NCBI GenBank assembly: GCA_964412585.1
Contig: CAYPPJ010000004.1
Location: 9,825 to 73,824 of the forward strand
DNA length: 64,000 nucleotides
Direction: 5' to 3'
From: an uncultured Candidatus Saccharibacteria bacterium
GTDB lineage: Bacteria; Patescibacteriota; Minisyncoccia; Phycocordibacterales; PALSA-1337
This document shows, piece after piece, positions 18,883 through 29,375 of the stretch. The position numbers and the translations under genes were made by a program. The notes beneath the pieces are model-generated. The model did no database searches. It saw nothing but the letters and a program-made list of their open reading frames with translations, and was not told the DNA's origin. Positions within the stretch are counted from its first letter, which is position 1; each line of letters starts with the position of its first letter.

Positions 18883-20094
18883 CTATTGTGTATCACCACT
18901 CACTTTCTCGTGATATTTCTTTTGTACGTAGAGCGGAACCGTCGCCACCGTCTCGGCAATATTCTTGGCGGTATCCTTTGCAAAATAAATGTCCGATGAC
19001 TCAAATCGCCCCTGAGCTATCTGCACTGTGATTGCATCCTTTATGGCAGACGTATGATATTGAACATCAAGAACATTTGCGCCACGCAAACGATTTTTTT
19101 GGCGGGAACCGATATTGACGACAGGGACGCCGAGATACGAGCATTCCTTGATGCCCGCTGACGAATTGCCCACCAAGCACTTTGATTTATTGAGAAGTGA
19201 AAGAAACTTCTTTGGTGGCAAATAGCGCATAAAGCGGATCTTATGATCCTTTACTTCATTATTGAAAATACGGAGTTCGTGCGAAATCTCCTCAGCACCA
19301 ATATCAACATTCGGCCAAAACCAAATAGTTGGGACCCCTAGTTCGTAAATCGCCTTGAGGACTTTCTTCGTCTGCTCCGGAAGTTTGGCATATTCGGTCG
19401 TCACTGGATGATAGAGAACGACGATAAATTCTTTGTCCACGTCAAATGGAGCTCCACTGCCTGTGTCATTCAAATCTATCGAATCACCATTTTTACCTAT
19501 TTTGTGGACGACTTCGATATCTGGACTGCCGAAATTGAAAACGTATTTTTTATTTTCACCCATGGCAATAATCCTCTGCTTTGCAGGGTCATTGGTCGCA
19601 AAATGTATGTGTGAAAGCTTGGTGATCGCATGCCGGACGCTCTCATCAAGAGTTCCTGAGACATCGCCACCTTCAATATGCGCAACGCTAATATTCATGT
19701 ATGCGGCAGCGGCAGCGGCAGCAAGAACCTCAAAACGATCGCCACGCACAATGACCACGTCAGGTCGGATCTCACCAAAAAGATTGGCGAACTCGACAAT
19801 GCCAAGACCCGCAGTCTTGGCTTTGACAACAGCACTATCCCCTTCAAGATTAAAAAAAACTTCGTGTATATTCTTGATACCATCTGCCTGAAGTAGTGAC
19901 CGTACTTGAGCAAATTTTGACGCATATTTGGAGAGAAGCGCACTGCCGCCAACAACAACATGGAGCTCCACGTCCTTTCTTTTTTTGAGTTCAGCCAGAA
20001 TAAGCATATTTCTGCTGTAATGAATGAAATTCGTTATGACAAAACAAATTTTTCTTTTTGGTTTTGGAGTAATCTTCTTTTTCGTGGTTTTCAT
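18883..20094 (-). CDS. neuC: Hydrolysing UDP-N-acetylglucosamine 2-epimerase (NeuC/LegG family)
   Basis: RGDRFE, HIEGGDVSGTLDESVRHAITKLSHIHF, YHPVT, VGNSSAGIKE, VNIGSRQ. Confidence 0.92.
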   Translation of the reverse strand: MKTTKKKITPKPKRKICFVITNFIHYSRNMLILAELKKRKDVELHVVVGGSALLSKYASKFAQVRSLLQADGIKNIHEVFFNLEGDSAVVKAKTAGLGIVEFANLFGEIRPDVVIVRGDRFEVLAAAAAAAYMNISVAHIEGGDVSGTLDESVRHAITKLSHIHFATNDPAKQRIIAMGENKKYVFNFGSPDIEVVHKIGKNGDSIDLNDTGSGAPFDVDKEFIVVLYHPVTTEYAKLPEQTKKVLKAIYELGVPTIWFWPNVDIGAEEISHELRIFNNEVKDHKIRFMRYLPPKKFLSLLNKSKCLVGNSSAGIKECSYLGVPVVNIGSRQKNRLRGANVLDVQYHTSAIKDAITVQIAQGRFESSDIYFAKDTAKNIAETVATVPLYVQKKYHEKVSGDTQ

Positions 20095-20104
20095 ATATGT
20101 CTGA

Positions 20105-20950
20105 TTAGCTGTTTTTGCCAAGTCTACCAGTATATTTTGCACGCGTCAGCTTTTCTTCAGGCAACAAATCGAGACTGCCGGTACCCAGTGCCGTCACATA
20201 TCGATCTCTCCACTCCACCAACTCTTTGAATACATGAGGCTCATCGGCAATACTGTGTGTCGTGATCGGCTTGAGACCTTTGCCGACGGTGTGTCCGATC
20301 TGGGGCGTATCGCGATCAAGCGTAAAATGCTTCTCAATATACTTTACACCCATGCCAAGAGAGAGCATGGCCGCAGATGCGCCCAGCACATGGTCAGAAT
20401 ATCCCACATGAGGTGTCTGCTCTTTGAGCCATGCAAGTTTACCGAGATTCGCCTTTTCCAACGGACACGGGTACACGGACACGCAATGCATGATCGTAAA
20501 TTCGCCTTTTTTAAGTATGTTGAGCGCTTTCTTTATTTCATCCTCAGTCGTCATGCCGGTCGAAGCAATAACCTCATCAAAATTATCGCGAAGTTGTTTC
20601 AAAAATGTGAAATGTTTGAGATCTGTACTCGCGACCTTGATTGATGTGAGTCCAAGCTTCTTGAGAAATGGGATGCGCGCAGCATCATAACACGTGGTCA
20701 TGAATTTGACGCCAGCTTTTTCACATTCTTTTTTGAGAATTATATGAGCTTCGTCTGAAAGTTCGAGAGAAGCGTAACGCTTTTTATCAGGATCTGAATC
20801 ATCGACATTTTTGCTCTGCCATGACTGAAACTTCACAATATCAACACCTGCATCCTTTGCAGCCCAAATCATCTTTTTCGCCAGCTCAATATCACCGTTA
20901 TGTGACGAGGCGATTTCAGCGATGATTTTCGGGGTATATCGTGCACTCAT
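20105..20950 (-). CDS. neuB: Nonulosonate synthase 1 (NeuB family, no C-terminal SAF domain)
   Basis: IIAEIASSHNGD, VKFQ, IKVAS, STGM, MHCVSVYP, GYSDH, IEKHFTLDR. Confidence 0.92.
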   Translation of the reverse strand: MSARYTPKIIAEIASSHNGDIELAKKMIWAAKDAGVDIVKFQSWQSKNVDDSDPDKKRYASLELSDEAHIILKKECEKAGVKFMTTCYDAARIPFLKKLGLTSIKVASTDLKHFTFLKQLRDNFDEVIASTGMTTEDEIKKALNILKKGEFTIMHCVSVYPCPLEKANLGKLAWLKEQTPHVGYSDHVLGASAAMLSLGMGVKYIEKHFTLDRDTPQIGHTVGKGLKPITTHSIADEPHVFKELVEWRDRYVTALGTGSLDLLPEEKLTRAKYTGRLGKNS

Positions 20951-21001
20951 AAGAAAACCTACTCTACCACACTTATGTGGTAGTCGTAAAGACCTGCCTG
21001 A

Positions 21002-21877
21002 CTATTTCTTTCCCTTCCCTTCTGCGAACAAATACACTCCCTTATCAACGGGCCGGTCATCTACAGAATGGAATGTTACCTGCCCGAAGTAAGGTGTGAG
21101 CAACCACTCCAAACTTTCCTTGCTAAAATAATTCTTGTGGTCAGGAGCATTCCAACGAGAACGTTTTGCGTCAGTATAAAACTGATCAGGATATCGGTTT
21201 GGCACACTCATGAAAAAAGTACCCGCCGGCGAAAGGAGCCGGAGCATATTCTTCATGGCATTGTGAAAATCAGAAATCGTTAGGTGTTCGAGCACTTCAA
21301 AAGCACAGACGCTGTCGTAGTATCCATCAGTTGTTTTCAGGTCTTCGATAGCAGATACCTCAAAACGAACTTTAGCGGCATCGCTGGTAGAAATTTTTCC
21401 CTGAGTACGCAAGGTGTTTAGCAATCCATCTGCGGTAGCAATAGCATCTGGCCGGAGATCAATACCAGCGACTTCACTAACCTGTGGAAGTTTGGCAATC
21501 TCAATAGTGACAGTTCCTGAAGAACAGCCCGTTTCCAATACTTTCGCACCAAAAGGAAGTGCCAAGGTGGTCTTGAGGCGCGCCGTATCATCGAGCCTCC
21601 AGGTTGCCAGCATCGGGTGTGTTGAGTCATTTTCTGGAGAATAGATATACTCGATCCTGTCGCGGAATTGTTGTGCACGCTTGATTTGCTCTTCACGCGT
21701 CCATTCATATTCATCGACAACTACAGGAAATATGTTCGTGGCAGTGTCTCGAGTCACGCCATTTTTTGACGCAAGTACAGACACTTCATTACCAGTACGA
21801 TCAACACCGACAACGATATCGGTATTGGTTGTTTCAATAATCCCCTGATAGTCCATGTGTTTGATTTCCAATTTCAT
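21002..21877 (-). CDS. Class I SAM-dependent methyltransferase
   Basis: VLETGCSSG, FEVLEHL, SVPN. Confidence 0.8.
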   Translation of the reverse strand: MKLEIKHMDYQGIIETTNTDIVVGVDRTGNEVSVLASKNGVTRDTATNIFPVVVDEYEWTREEQIKRAQQFRDRIEYIYSPENDSTHPMLATWRLDDTARLKTTLALPFGAKVLETGCSSGTVTIEIAKLPQVSEVAGIDLRPDAIATADGLLNTLRTQGKISTSDAAKVRFEVSAIEDLKTTDGYYDSVCAFEVLEHLTISDFHNAMKNMLRLLSPAGTFFMSVPNRYPDQFYTDAKRSRWNAPDHKNYFSKESLEWLLTPYFGQVTFHSVDDRPVDKGVYLFAEGKGKK

Positions 21878-21901
21878 ATGACTAATACTATACTATACCC
21901 C

Positions 21902-22417
21902 ATGAAAGAGTGCACTAAAATCAATCTCGGAGGAGGTAGGAACAAACAAGCAGGGTTCACCACTATCGATATCATTGCCTATCCAGAGGTTGATATTGTC
22001 GCTGATGTGACTAAAGGCATTCCCCTGCCCGACAATTCCGTCGAAGAAGTCCTCGCTCTAAGCATTATTGAGCATCTTGATGATACAGTCTTCATTATGG
22101 AAGAAATATACCGAGTCTGCAAAAATGAAGCCAAAATCATCATCACTGTACCGTATGTAAAATCAACCGCCGCATTCAAAGATCCGACGCACAAAAAATT
22201 CTTTACCGAGCGCACCTTTGAGTATTTTGACAAAAGTCTTCTCAATGCGGGCCGCCTCCCTGACTACCATATGAAATGTGATTTCCAAGTGAAAAACATT
22301 TCCTATAAATATTACACACCATGGTTCCGCCACGTCCCAGGTATCAATCGTATTTTTGCCCGCTTCTTTTGGGATATTATAAAAACACTCACGTTTGAGC
22401 TTCGGGTACGCAAATAG
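21902..22417 (+). CDS. Methyltransferase type 11-like protein
   Basis: KINLGGG, PLPDNSV, IIEHL, EIYRVCK, DPTH. Confidence 0.85.
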   Translation: MKECTKINLGGGRNKQAGFTTIDIIAYPEVDIVADVTKGIPLPDNSVEEVLALSIIEHLDDTVFIMEEIYRVCKNEAKIIITVPYVKSTAAFKDPTHKKFFTERTFEYFDKSLLNAGRLPDYHMKCDFQVKNISYKYYTPWFRHVPGINRIFARFFWDIIKTLTFELRVRK

Positions 22418-22454
22418 ATGAGCTGAAATAACATCCAAGGCGTACTTATACGCT

Positions 22455-23810
22455 TTAGAGATGTGAGACAATAAACGTCGAAATCCTGTCCACTGACTTT
22501 CCATCAAGAAACTGACACTGTGCTACGGCCAACTTTTTGCGTCCTTCAGTGTCTAGAGTTGGATCTTTGAGATACTTATTGACCCACGTTACCAATTCAT
22601 CGGTATTTCGAGCCATTCGTACTCCTCCATAACTGAGCGCTTTTGCATAATGCGTCATGCCATAAAATACTGTCGGGGATTTCGACAATTTACCATTGTC
22701 CTTGATCTCGAAATCAATATTGATGACTGGCTTATTAACGACAGCCGCATCGACTGAAATACTCGAGGCATAACACAGGATAAGCGACATGTGGTGCAAG
22801 GTATTACGCAATTCTTCAAGTTCGCGACCATTCATGTCCCAATCAGTTGAGCGTACAGATGAAAAACGGGTTCCCGGGATCTGGTAGTGCAAATACGGAC
22901 GCTTCTTGAGATCAGCATCCTTAATAAAGTCATTGGGAGAAAAACGCACGAGAATCTCGACATCATTGCCGAATTTCCCTGCCATATGCAACTCATGCAA
23001 GTGATCCATAATATCCCAATCCGAATTACTAAACATGCCGCCGATTGGCGAATAGACCACTAATTTCTTTTGTGGATCAATACCGATACTCTTGAAGAAT
23101 TCGTCGCGAGTCACACTTGGCGGTGAAAAATAATCATCATATTGAGGAATACCTGAAACAAAGAAATCCGAACGTGGGATGTGACTGTGCGTGGCCATCT
23201 GATCAAGGAGTGTGTCATTAAAGACGATAGTTTTGTCCGGGATCACCCGCAAAATACAGCGAGCCGTGGCGCGATCCCAACTATTGGTAAGCCCAATAGA
23301 TTTGACGCCATGCCGCTTGGCTGATTTGAGAAAATCGACTTCAAAATCCTCAAACAGATTGGCGAGTAAAATGAGATCGGGTTTGTACGTGCGGAAATAC
23401 TGATCAAAGACCGGATTTCTCGACAATAGGCGATCTAATGCACGAAATAACGCCACAAAGGGTCGATGCGCCAACATGCGATGTATGACACGCGAATAAT
23501 ACCAATACCACGCGCCACGGTCTTCTGAAACCATCTTGGCGCGCAGATCAGTAGTGCCTGTTTGTAGAAAAAGAAACTTCCACGAGCTAAAGAGTTTATG
23601 AATACCTACCTGATCATATGGTGCAACAATTTCATATGTTATACGAGGATCCGAAAATTCACGAGCATAATAGTCGGCGCGCTCCTTATTTTTTACAAAA
23701 AGCACTACGCGAGTACCGGAACTTTTTTTGAGAAGAGCATCGACAATACCGGTACGCAAAATATTCTTTGCCTCCACTCCTTCAAATACAGTAATAAAAA
23801 TCGTTTTCAT
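22455..23810 (-). CDS. CDP-glycerol glycerophosphotransferase/sialyltransferase-like GT-B protein
   Basis: NSWD, SGIPQYD, SSISVDAAVVNKPVINI; located in the nonulosonate locus. Confidence 0.65.
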   Translation of the reverse strand: MKTIFITVFEGVEAKNILRTGIVDALLKKSSGTRVVLFVKNKERADYYAREFSDPRITYEIVAPYDQVGIHKLFSSWKFLFLQTGTTDLRAKMVSEDRGAWYWYYSRVIHRMLAHRPFVALFRALDRLLSRNPVFDQYFRTYKPDLILLANLFEDFEVDFLKSAKRHGVKSIGLTNSWDRATARCILRVIPDKTIVFNDTLLDQMATHSHIPRSDFFVSGIPQYDDYFSPPSVTRDEFFKSIGIDPQKKLVVYSPIGGMFSNSDWDIMDHLHELHMAGKFGNDVEILVRFSPNDFIKDADLKKRPYLHYQIPGTRFSSVRSTDWDMNGRELEELRNTLHHMSLILCYASSISVDAAVVNKPVINIDFEIKDNGKLSKSPTVFYGMTHYAKALSYGGVRMARNTDELVTWVNKYLKDPTLDTEGRKKLAVAQCQFLDGKSVDRISTFIVSHL

Positions 23811-24838
23811 GGCATCCTATTCTCGCATACTTTGAAAATTTCTAGAAGTCCAGGGATTTCGGACGAATGATCAGTTGTTTTTCCATCACGACGTGCACCT
23901 TGGAGATGAAATCCGAACGGCCGCTCCTTCCACATAAACTCATCCCATCCCTTGGAAAAAACGTCAGTTATGCCAGAGTGACCAAATCCTTTATTCGTAA
24001 AATAATTTTTTCTTTTTGGAATATACGAGAGGCGTTCTGGCAGCAGTTTTTCGACAAGCCAATTGAACACGGAAACAAGGTATCGCGGATTGATATCACT
24101 CGTGCAATAGTCGAATACTGGCTGGACACATTCAACCTTGAATTCAGGGCGCGCACCAAACACTTCATACACACCATACCCCGTATCCCGTGATGAACCA
24201 ATGATTGCACCTCTTCGAAGCCACATTTTTAGAAAACGTCTGATGGCTGGTATTATGCGCGCTGATTTTTGCAATGCGTTTTTTTGCGCGGAAGCTGTAG
24301 CCACTTTTGCGCGACCTACAAGCAGTCGTTCCTGTTCGTATCGTGGCGAGAAATCGAGCTGATCCTTTCTTGTTTTTTCGAGGTCAATGAACATACAATG
24401 AATACAGGGAAAGTAGCGGTACTTCATGTATCTCCTTGGATTATACGGCACCCCGAAAAAGGTGAGGTCTTTTTTATTCATATGTTCAAGAACTTCTGCC
24501 GCCCACCCTTTTCGAATAATGTAAAAATCAGGATCAAGAATCAGGGCAAAGCGAGTCGAGACTTCTTTGATTGCCCTATTTAGTCCAGAAGCATGATGAT
24601 AACTTGCCGGAGCTACTCCAGTAAATTCATTTTTGATACCTTGAATAACTATGCCTTCTGCAAAATTTCCAATAGGAAAGCGGCCATTCATAGCCTCTGT
24701 ACCATTCTCTACAATAATCCAGCGAATGGTGGAAGTGGGATTAAATCTCTTGGTAAGAGCGATATTTGCCTCAACAATATCTCGCTGACCAAAAGATACG
24801 GTGCAGATAGTGAGTTCAGTTGTAGTCGTGGTTGTCAT
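23807..24838 (-). CDS. GT-A fold glycosyltransferase-like protein
   Basis: LTICTVSF, IVEN, HASGLN, ILDPD (DxD). Confidence 0.6.
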   Translation of the reverse strand: MTTTTTTELTICTVSFGQRDIVEANIALTKRFNPTSTIRWIIVENGTEAMNGRFPIGNFAEGIVIQGIKNEFTGVAPASYHHASGLNRAIKEVSTRFALILDPDFYIIRKGWAAEVLEHMNKKDLTFFGVPYNPRRYMKYRYFPCIHCMFIDLEKTRKDQLDFSPRYEQERLLVGRAKVATASAQKNALQKSARIIPAIRRFLKMWLRRGAIIGSSRDTGYGVYEVFGARPEFKVECVQPVFDYCTSDINPRYLVSVFNWLVEKLLPERLSYIPKRKNYFTNKGFGHSGITDVFSKGWDEFMWKERPFGFHLQGARRDGKTTDHSSEIPGLLEIFKVCENRMP

Positions 24839-24845
24839 ATGTGTA

Positions 24846-26165
24846 TCATCCTACCCACGCCACCGTTTTACTCAATGAGTCCTTTGTGAAAATGCGCGTA
24901 TCTGGATTGTATTGAAGTTCAAGACGACCATCAGCATACGCCGCGACAAGCGCACGAAATTCATCCTTATTCCTAATATATTTCTTGATACCAAAGTACT
25001 CACGCGATGCCTCGATGAGCGGTAACTGTAGAAAATTAACAAAAAGAGCGTGTTTGTTCATTAGGACAGGAACAAAATTGACGGTCGTACTATCGGCAAC
25101 ATACAGATCGGAAAAATAGATAAGTTCGGCATTGTCCGTAAATTTGTCATATATCTTTATTCCCTGTTTTTTGAGGGGTTCGTACAGTGATATATTCTCG
25201 ATCGGATGAATCTTGAGTGAAATAGCGTATTGTTCCGCCGGGCATGACTCGCGAATCATCTCAACAATATTTTCATAAAATGAAAGCTGGCCAGCATCAT
25301 CAAGCACATGCACAACATTGGAATTGTAAGCCGAACTGAAAATAACAATATTCTTTTTTGTCTGGTCAATCCCCAATCGGCCTGCGACTTCGGCCCGCGC
25401 AGACTCATTAGTATCAAGCCGCTGTTTGAGCGCCGTAGCCGCATGGAAATCAAGATACCCCACAACGGTCATTTTTCCACGGGGCACTCCTTGGGATGCA
25501 AAATAATCAAAAGCCTGTTGGTTGATAACACCAAATTTATCTGACAAATTTGAACCGAGCACTGATTTTACATTGCTCGCACCGCGTCCCGCGACACATT
25601 TCAACAGGAGCGCTTTCGATGCATTCTCAATATTCTTTCTCACCGAATGTACCGCGAGACGCCACGCAGGCACAACTTTTTTCGCTGCACCATTGGCTTG
25701 TACATCATATGTTACCGCCCACTGGAGAACGTACGCATCTATGCCACGTTTTTTTGCCTCACTGAAGATCGTACCAAAATAAAATCCCGCATCATTGATG
25801 GCGATAAGCTTTCGTATGCGTGCATCAGAAAAGACACGGTTCACTTCGCGCGCATAGGTTCGCGCTGAGACAAGAAATTGTACGAAAGGAAATCTACTCA
25901 ATACGCGTGATGGTGCAGGCTGGCGAATAGTATAAAAATCGAGACCTTTTTGTGTGCAGTGAGAGACCATCTCATCAAAATTGTAATGAGAAGCAGTGTA
26001 TTGTTTACCACCAAGTCGTGGCAATTGAATCAAGAGAAAAGAAACATCGTAGTGGTCCTTGAGATACTCGCCAAGCCTCTCATAATACCTGAGGCTGCCA
26101 GTATAGTGAGGGACGAGCACTATCCTCGGTTTTCGCACGGGAGAGGTGACATTCATGAATGCCAT
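24846..26165 (-). CDS. Putative GT-B (poly)sialyltransferase-like protein
   Basis: LKIHPIE (HP motif), SDLYVADSTTV. Start is ATG 26165 or 26156. Confidence 0.55.
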   Translation of the reverse strand: MAFMNVTSPVRKPRIVLVPHYTGSLRYYERLGEYLKDHYDVSFLLIQLPRLGGKQYTASHYNFDEMVSHCTQKGLDFYTIRQPAPSRVLSRFPFVQFLVSARTYAREVNRVFSDARIRKLIAINDAGFYFGTIFSEAKKRGIDAYVLQWAVTYDVQANGAAKKVVPAWRLAVHSVRKNIENASKALLLKCVAGRGASNVKSVLGSNLSDKFGVINQQAFDYFASQGVPRGKMTVVGYLDFHAATALKQRLDTNESARAEVAGRLGIDQTKKNIVIFSSAYNSNVVHVLDDAGQLSFYENIVEMIRESCPAEQYAISLKIHPIENISLYEPLKKQGIKIYDKFTDNAELIYFSDLYVADSTTVNFVPVLMNKHALFVNFLQLPLIEASREYFGIKKYIRNKDEFRALVAAYADGRLELQYNPDTRIFTKDSLSKTVAWVG

Positions 26166-26184
26166 GATACAATAGCGCACACCT

Positions 26185-26886
26185 ATGCATACTGTCAAAA
26201 AATGGATTCGCTCACTACTTAATAGCTTTGTACCGACCGAAAACCTCGTAGATAGCAAAAAAAAGTGGAATACGCTGGCAGAAAAAAATGCCGCGTATTT
26301 TGTGATGACTGACTACGGCGAAGGTATTACCGAGGAACAATTTAGGACTTCAGGCATGAAGGACTACGATCAACTGATAGGTGGTGACACATTACTCAAG
26401 ACTCGACTTTCTCCATTCAATACAAAGGACGTTATGGAAATTGGATGTGGTATTGGGCGCATAACAGAGTTTCTCTCAAAAAATTTCAAAACCGTTTCAG
26501 CTGTTGATATTTCCGAAGAGATGGTACGCAAAGGCGGACAGAGACTTTCATCGGCAAAAAATATAACTTTCAGGGCAACTGATGGGACGAGCTTCCCTTT
26601 TGCCAACGCTTCATTTGACTTCGTCTTTTCGTTTATAGTATTTCAGCATATGCCAGACAAACAGACTATTGAAAAAAATATAGCTGAAGTATCGCGCGTA
26701 CTCCGACCAGGTGGTATTGCAAAAATACAGCTTCGCGGATTGCCGACAAGTAAGAAAAATTGGTTCTATGGTCCCTCATTTTCGGTAGCCGATGCGCGCA
26801 AGCTACTCACAGATCTTCCACTCGCCATGATCGCCTCTGAAGGTGAAGGCCAGCGCTATTTCTGGATCTGGCTGGAAAAAAAGTAA
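26185..26886 (+). CDS. Class I SAM-dependent methyltransferase
   Basis: VMEIGCGIGR, VDIS, FDFVFSFIVFQHMP, RVLRPGG. Confidence 0.9.
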   Translation: MHTVKKWIRSLLNSFVPTENLVDSKKKWNTLAEKNAAYFVMTDYGEGITEEQFRTSGMKDYDQLIGGDTLLKTRLSPFNTKDVMEIGCGIGRITEFLSKNFKTVSAVDISEEMVRKGGQRLSSAKNITFRATDGTSFPFANASFDFVFSFIVFQHMPDKQTIEKNIAEVSRVLRPGGIAKIQLRGLPTSKKNWFYGPSFSVADARKLLTDLPLAMIASEGEGQRYFWIWLEKK

Positions 26887-26992
26887 AATAAGTATTTTGG
26901 TGTGTCAATAGTGTCATGGACTAGCACCCATGCTAGCTTTAGGACAGACTCACTCCTTGAGTCACGATTTCACCCACAACCCAAGGAAACAC

Positions 26993-27988
26993 ATGAAGAT
27001 CATTAACATCGCCGGCCGAGCTGTCGGCCCTGGTTATCCCTGCTTCATCATTGCAGAGATTGGCATCAACCATAACGGCGACCTCAACGTTGCCAAAAAG
27101 CTCATTGACGCGGCCGCAGAGGCCGGCGCCGATGCAGTCAAGTTCCAGACTCGCACGGTTGAGGTTGTGTACACGCCAGAAGAACTGGCAAAGGCACGCG
27201 CAGTCCCTCGTAGCGTACTCGAAAATGGAATTCGCCGGGGGGTTCTCCCTCCAAGCGCAGTCGGGCGACTCACCGAGTCCAACTTCGAAGCCTCGACAAA
27301 CGGCGACCTCAAGCGGATTCTCGAGTTCACAGTTGACGAGTACCACGAGATCAGTCGCCACTGCAAACTGCGGGGGGTAATCTGGTTGACCTCGTGCTGG
27401 GACACCCAAGCACTCGAACGGATGCTCCCCTTCAACCTTCCCTGTCACAAGATCGCCTCGGCCTGTAACGAAGATGACGCACTGCTCATCGCTGCGCGTC
27501 AGACTGACAAGCCGGTCATCCTCTCGACAGGGATGACGGACCTCGACGGTGTAAGTGCGGCGGCTAATTTCCTCGACCTCGAGAAGCTCATCATCCTGCA
27601 CTGCACCAGTGTGTACCCCAAAGGTACGGAGCACGGGGACGAGTTGCTCTCGATGGTCAATCTCAATGGCATCGAGACCTTGGCCCGCATATTCGATGTG
27701 CCCATCGGCTTCTCCAGCCACTTCAGCGGCATCATGCCGGTGTATGCGGCGGTCGCCATGGGTGCATGCATGATCGAAGTCCACGTCACGCTCGAACGCG
27801 GGATGTACGGATCAGATCAGGCAAGCTCATTGGAACCGGCAGAGTTTGGCCGCCTCTTCAAGGCGACCAAAGAGCTTCACACCGCCAAGGGTAACGGTCG
27901 GATTGTCATCTACCCCGGCGAAGAAGAAGTCGCAAAGAAACTGCGGCGCGTGCGTCGGAAACAAAAGTCTGACGCTAGCCCGGCATAA
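26993..27988 (+). CDS. neuB: Nonulosonate synthase 2 (NeuB family), GC-rich
   Basis: FIIAEIGINHNGD, AVKFQTR, KIASA, ILSTGM, LHCTSVYP, GSDQASSLEP. AAGGA SD before ATG 26993. Confidence 0.9.
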   Translation: MKIINIAGRAVGPGYPCFIIAEIGINHNGDLNVAKKLIDAAAEAGADAVKFQTRTVEVVYTPEELAKARAVPRSVLENGIRRGVLPPSAVGRLTESNFEASTNGDLKRILEFTVDEYHEISRHCKLRGVIWLTSCWDTQALERMLPFNLPCHKIASACNEDDALLIAARQTDKPVILSTGMTDLDGVSAAANFLDLEKLIILHCTSVYPKGTEHGDELLSMVNLNGIETLARIFDVPIGFSSHFSGIMPVYAAVAMGACMIEVHVTLERGMYGSDQASSLEPAEFGRLFKATKELHTAKGNGRIVIYPGEEEVAKKLRRVRRKQKSDASPA

Positions 27989-28027
27989 GTCGGCACGTAG
28001 AAGAGCGTACTCGTGAGAAGAAAGTCA

Positions 28028-28095
28028 CCGGCAGGGTCCCAACCCCTGCCGGATTTTTTATACAAAAAAACCCGCGCGGTGTACCCGCGCGGGTT
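28028..28095. terminator. Back-to-back intrinsic terminators for convergent genes
   Basis: CCGGCAGGG/CCCTGCCGG plus T6 on the + strand (28028-28059); AACCCGCGCGG/CCGCGCGGGTT plus T run on the - strand (28064-28095). Confidence 0.8.
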
Positions 28096-28111
28096 GTGAA
28101 AAAAGATCGAA

Positions 28112-29182
28112 TCAGTGCGAAATAACCGGCTCAGTGAAATGCATGAGGGCCTTGTAGGCAACCTCCACATCATAGGGTTTTAACTTTGCCGTGTTCTCAG
28201 GCGTCGGAGGCGTGAGCCCTGAAAGGTCAACGGGCTCCGTGAGCGAGTGGCAGCACCCCAATTCGACAACAGGCACCTGGTCAAGCCCTGTCAGTTCCTT
28301 GAGCTCATCACGCGCCGAAGGCACCCAGAGCGACCCAGTGACCTTCCCTGCCTGGGCCGAAGTGGTAAGTAGAGTGCTCCAGCTCGAGAAGGTCGCATCA
28401 CTCGCGATAACAACCGGATCTGACTTGCCAACGGTGGGCAGGTACACGACACGAGAGCCGAGAGGTGCCAACATTTCCGTCCAAACTTCCCCATACGTGC
28501 GGCCACCTGCCTCAAGGGCACGTCCCTCCTCAAGACATGCACGTTTGGCATGTTTTGGATGGAAACGCGGGATGAGACACCAGTTGCCAGTAGTCAGCTT
28601 GAGGCAAGCGATTAAAAACTCGATCTCGTCCGCCGTCCATTCGCCGCCACCGACGTAGGTGTACACCTTCGTAAACTCCGTGCGAAGATCGGCGACCTCG
28701 GGAGCCGGGATGATTGACCCTGGTTGAGGAACACCGGGATTGCCGACGATGAGTTTCCCCGCCGCAGGATGCAGTTGGTGCGTAAGCATCGCGTCGTACT
28801 CATCCAACACCAGAACCCCATAAGGATTCGCGGTAGAACGGTTGACGCCACGCCAGAAGTCAATGCATTCGATGAGCTTGATGCCCAGCTCGTTTGCGAC
28901 AAGGCCGAACTGCTGTTCAAGATTGATCGGACTACCGAGCCCGGTCACGACAGCATCCGGTTTGATTTTCCGCAATACGGCATGAGCGTCAATAGTGAAC
29001 GGCTCATCAATGAAGTTCACCGTGCCTTTGAAGTACAAGGTGAAGCCGGCTTTTTCAAATATGCCGGCCGCCAAGCCTTCGGCAATCACGACAACTTCAT
29101 GACCCTTGTCGCGGCAGATTACCGCGAGCGAGCACGTGACGTTTGCTCCTCCCATGTCTTTTGCTACGAATAGAAGTTTCAG
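28112..29182 (-). CDS. Putative GT-B fold glycosyltransferase-like protein, probable CTG start
   Basis: GGAGG 5 nt before an in-frame CTG, giving (M)KLLFVAKDMGGAN; motifs KPDAVVTG, VGNP, PRFHP, SSWSTLL. Confidence 0.6.
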   Translation of the reverse strand: MKLLFVAKDMGGANVTCSLAVICRDKGHEVVVIAEGLAAGIFEKAGFTLYFKGTVNFIDEPFTIDAHAVLRKIKPDAVVTGLGSPINLEQQFGLVANELGIKLIECIDFWRGVNRSTANPYGVLVLDEYDAMLTHQLHPAAGKLIVGNPGVPQPGSIIPAPEVADLRTEFTKVYTYVGGGEWTADEIEFLIACLKLTTGNWCLIPRFHPKHAKRACLEEGRALEAGGRTYGEVWTEMLAPLGSRVVYLPTVGKSDPVVIASDATFSSWSTLLTTSAQAGKVTGSLWVPSARDELKELTGLDQVPVVELGCCHSLTEPVDLSGLTPPTPENTAKLKPYDVEVAYKALMHFTEPVISH

Positions 29183-29329
29183 AACTACCTCCGATAGTTT
29201 ACTAGTTAATATGAAGAGGCACTACGCCCCGAATTTCAACGAAGACAGGACTATTCCTGCTTTCAATTCAAGTCAAACCCTAACATAATAATTGAATGAA
29301 GTCAACTATCCTTGATTTGTATAGAAAAT

Positions 29330-29354
29330 AAAAAAGACCAACCACCACGGTTGG
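29330..29354 (-). terminator. Intrinsic terminator
   Basis: CCAACC/GGTTGG stem with a T run on the minus strand. Confidence 0.6.
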
Positions 29355-29375
29355 CCCCGTCACACTTCGAACAGA

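Noticed and set aside
26939-27784. 281-aa antisense ORF over neuB2
   Set aside because: Shadow ORF expected from GC-rich codon usage; no recognisable motifs.
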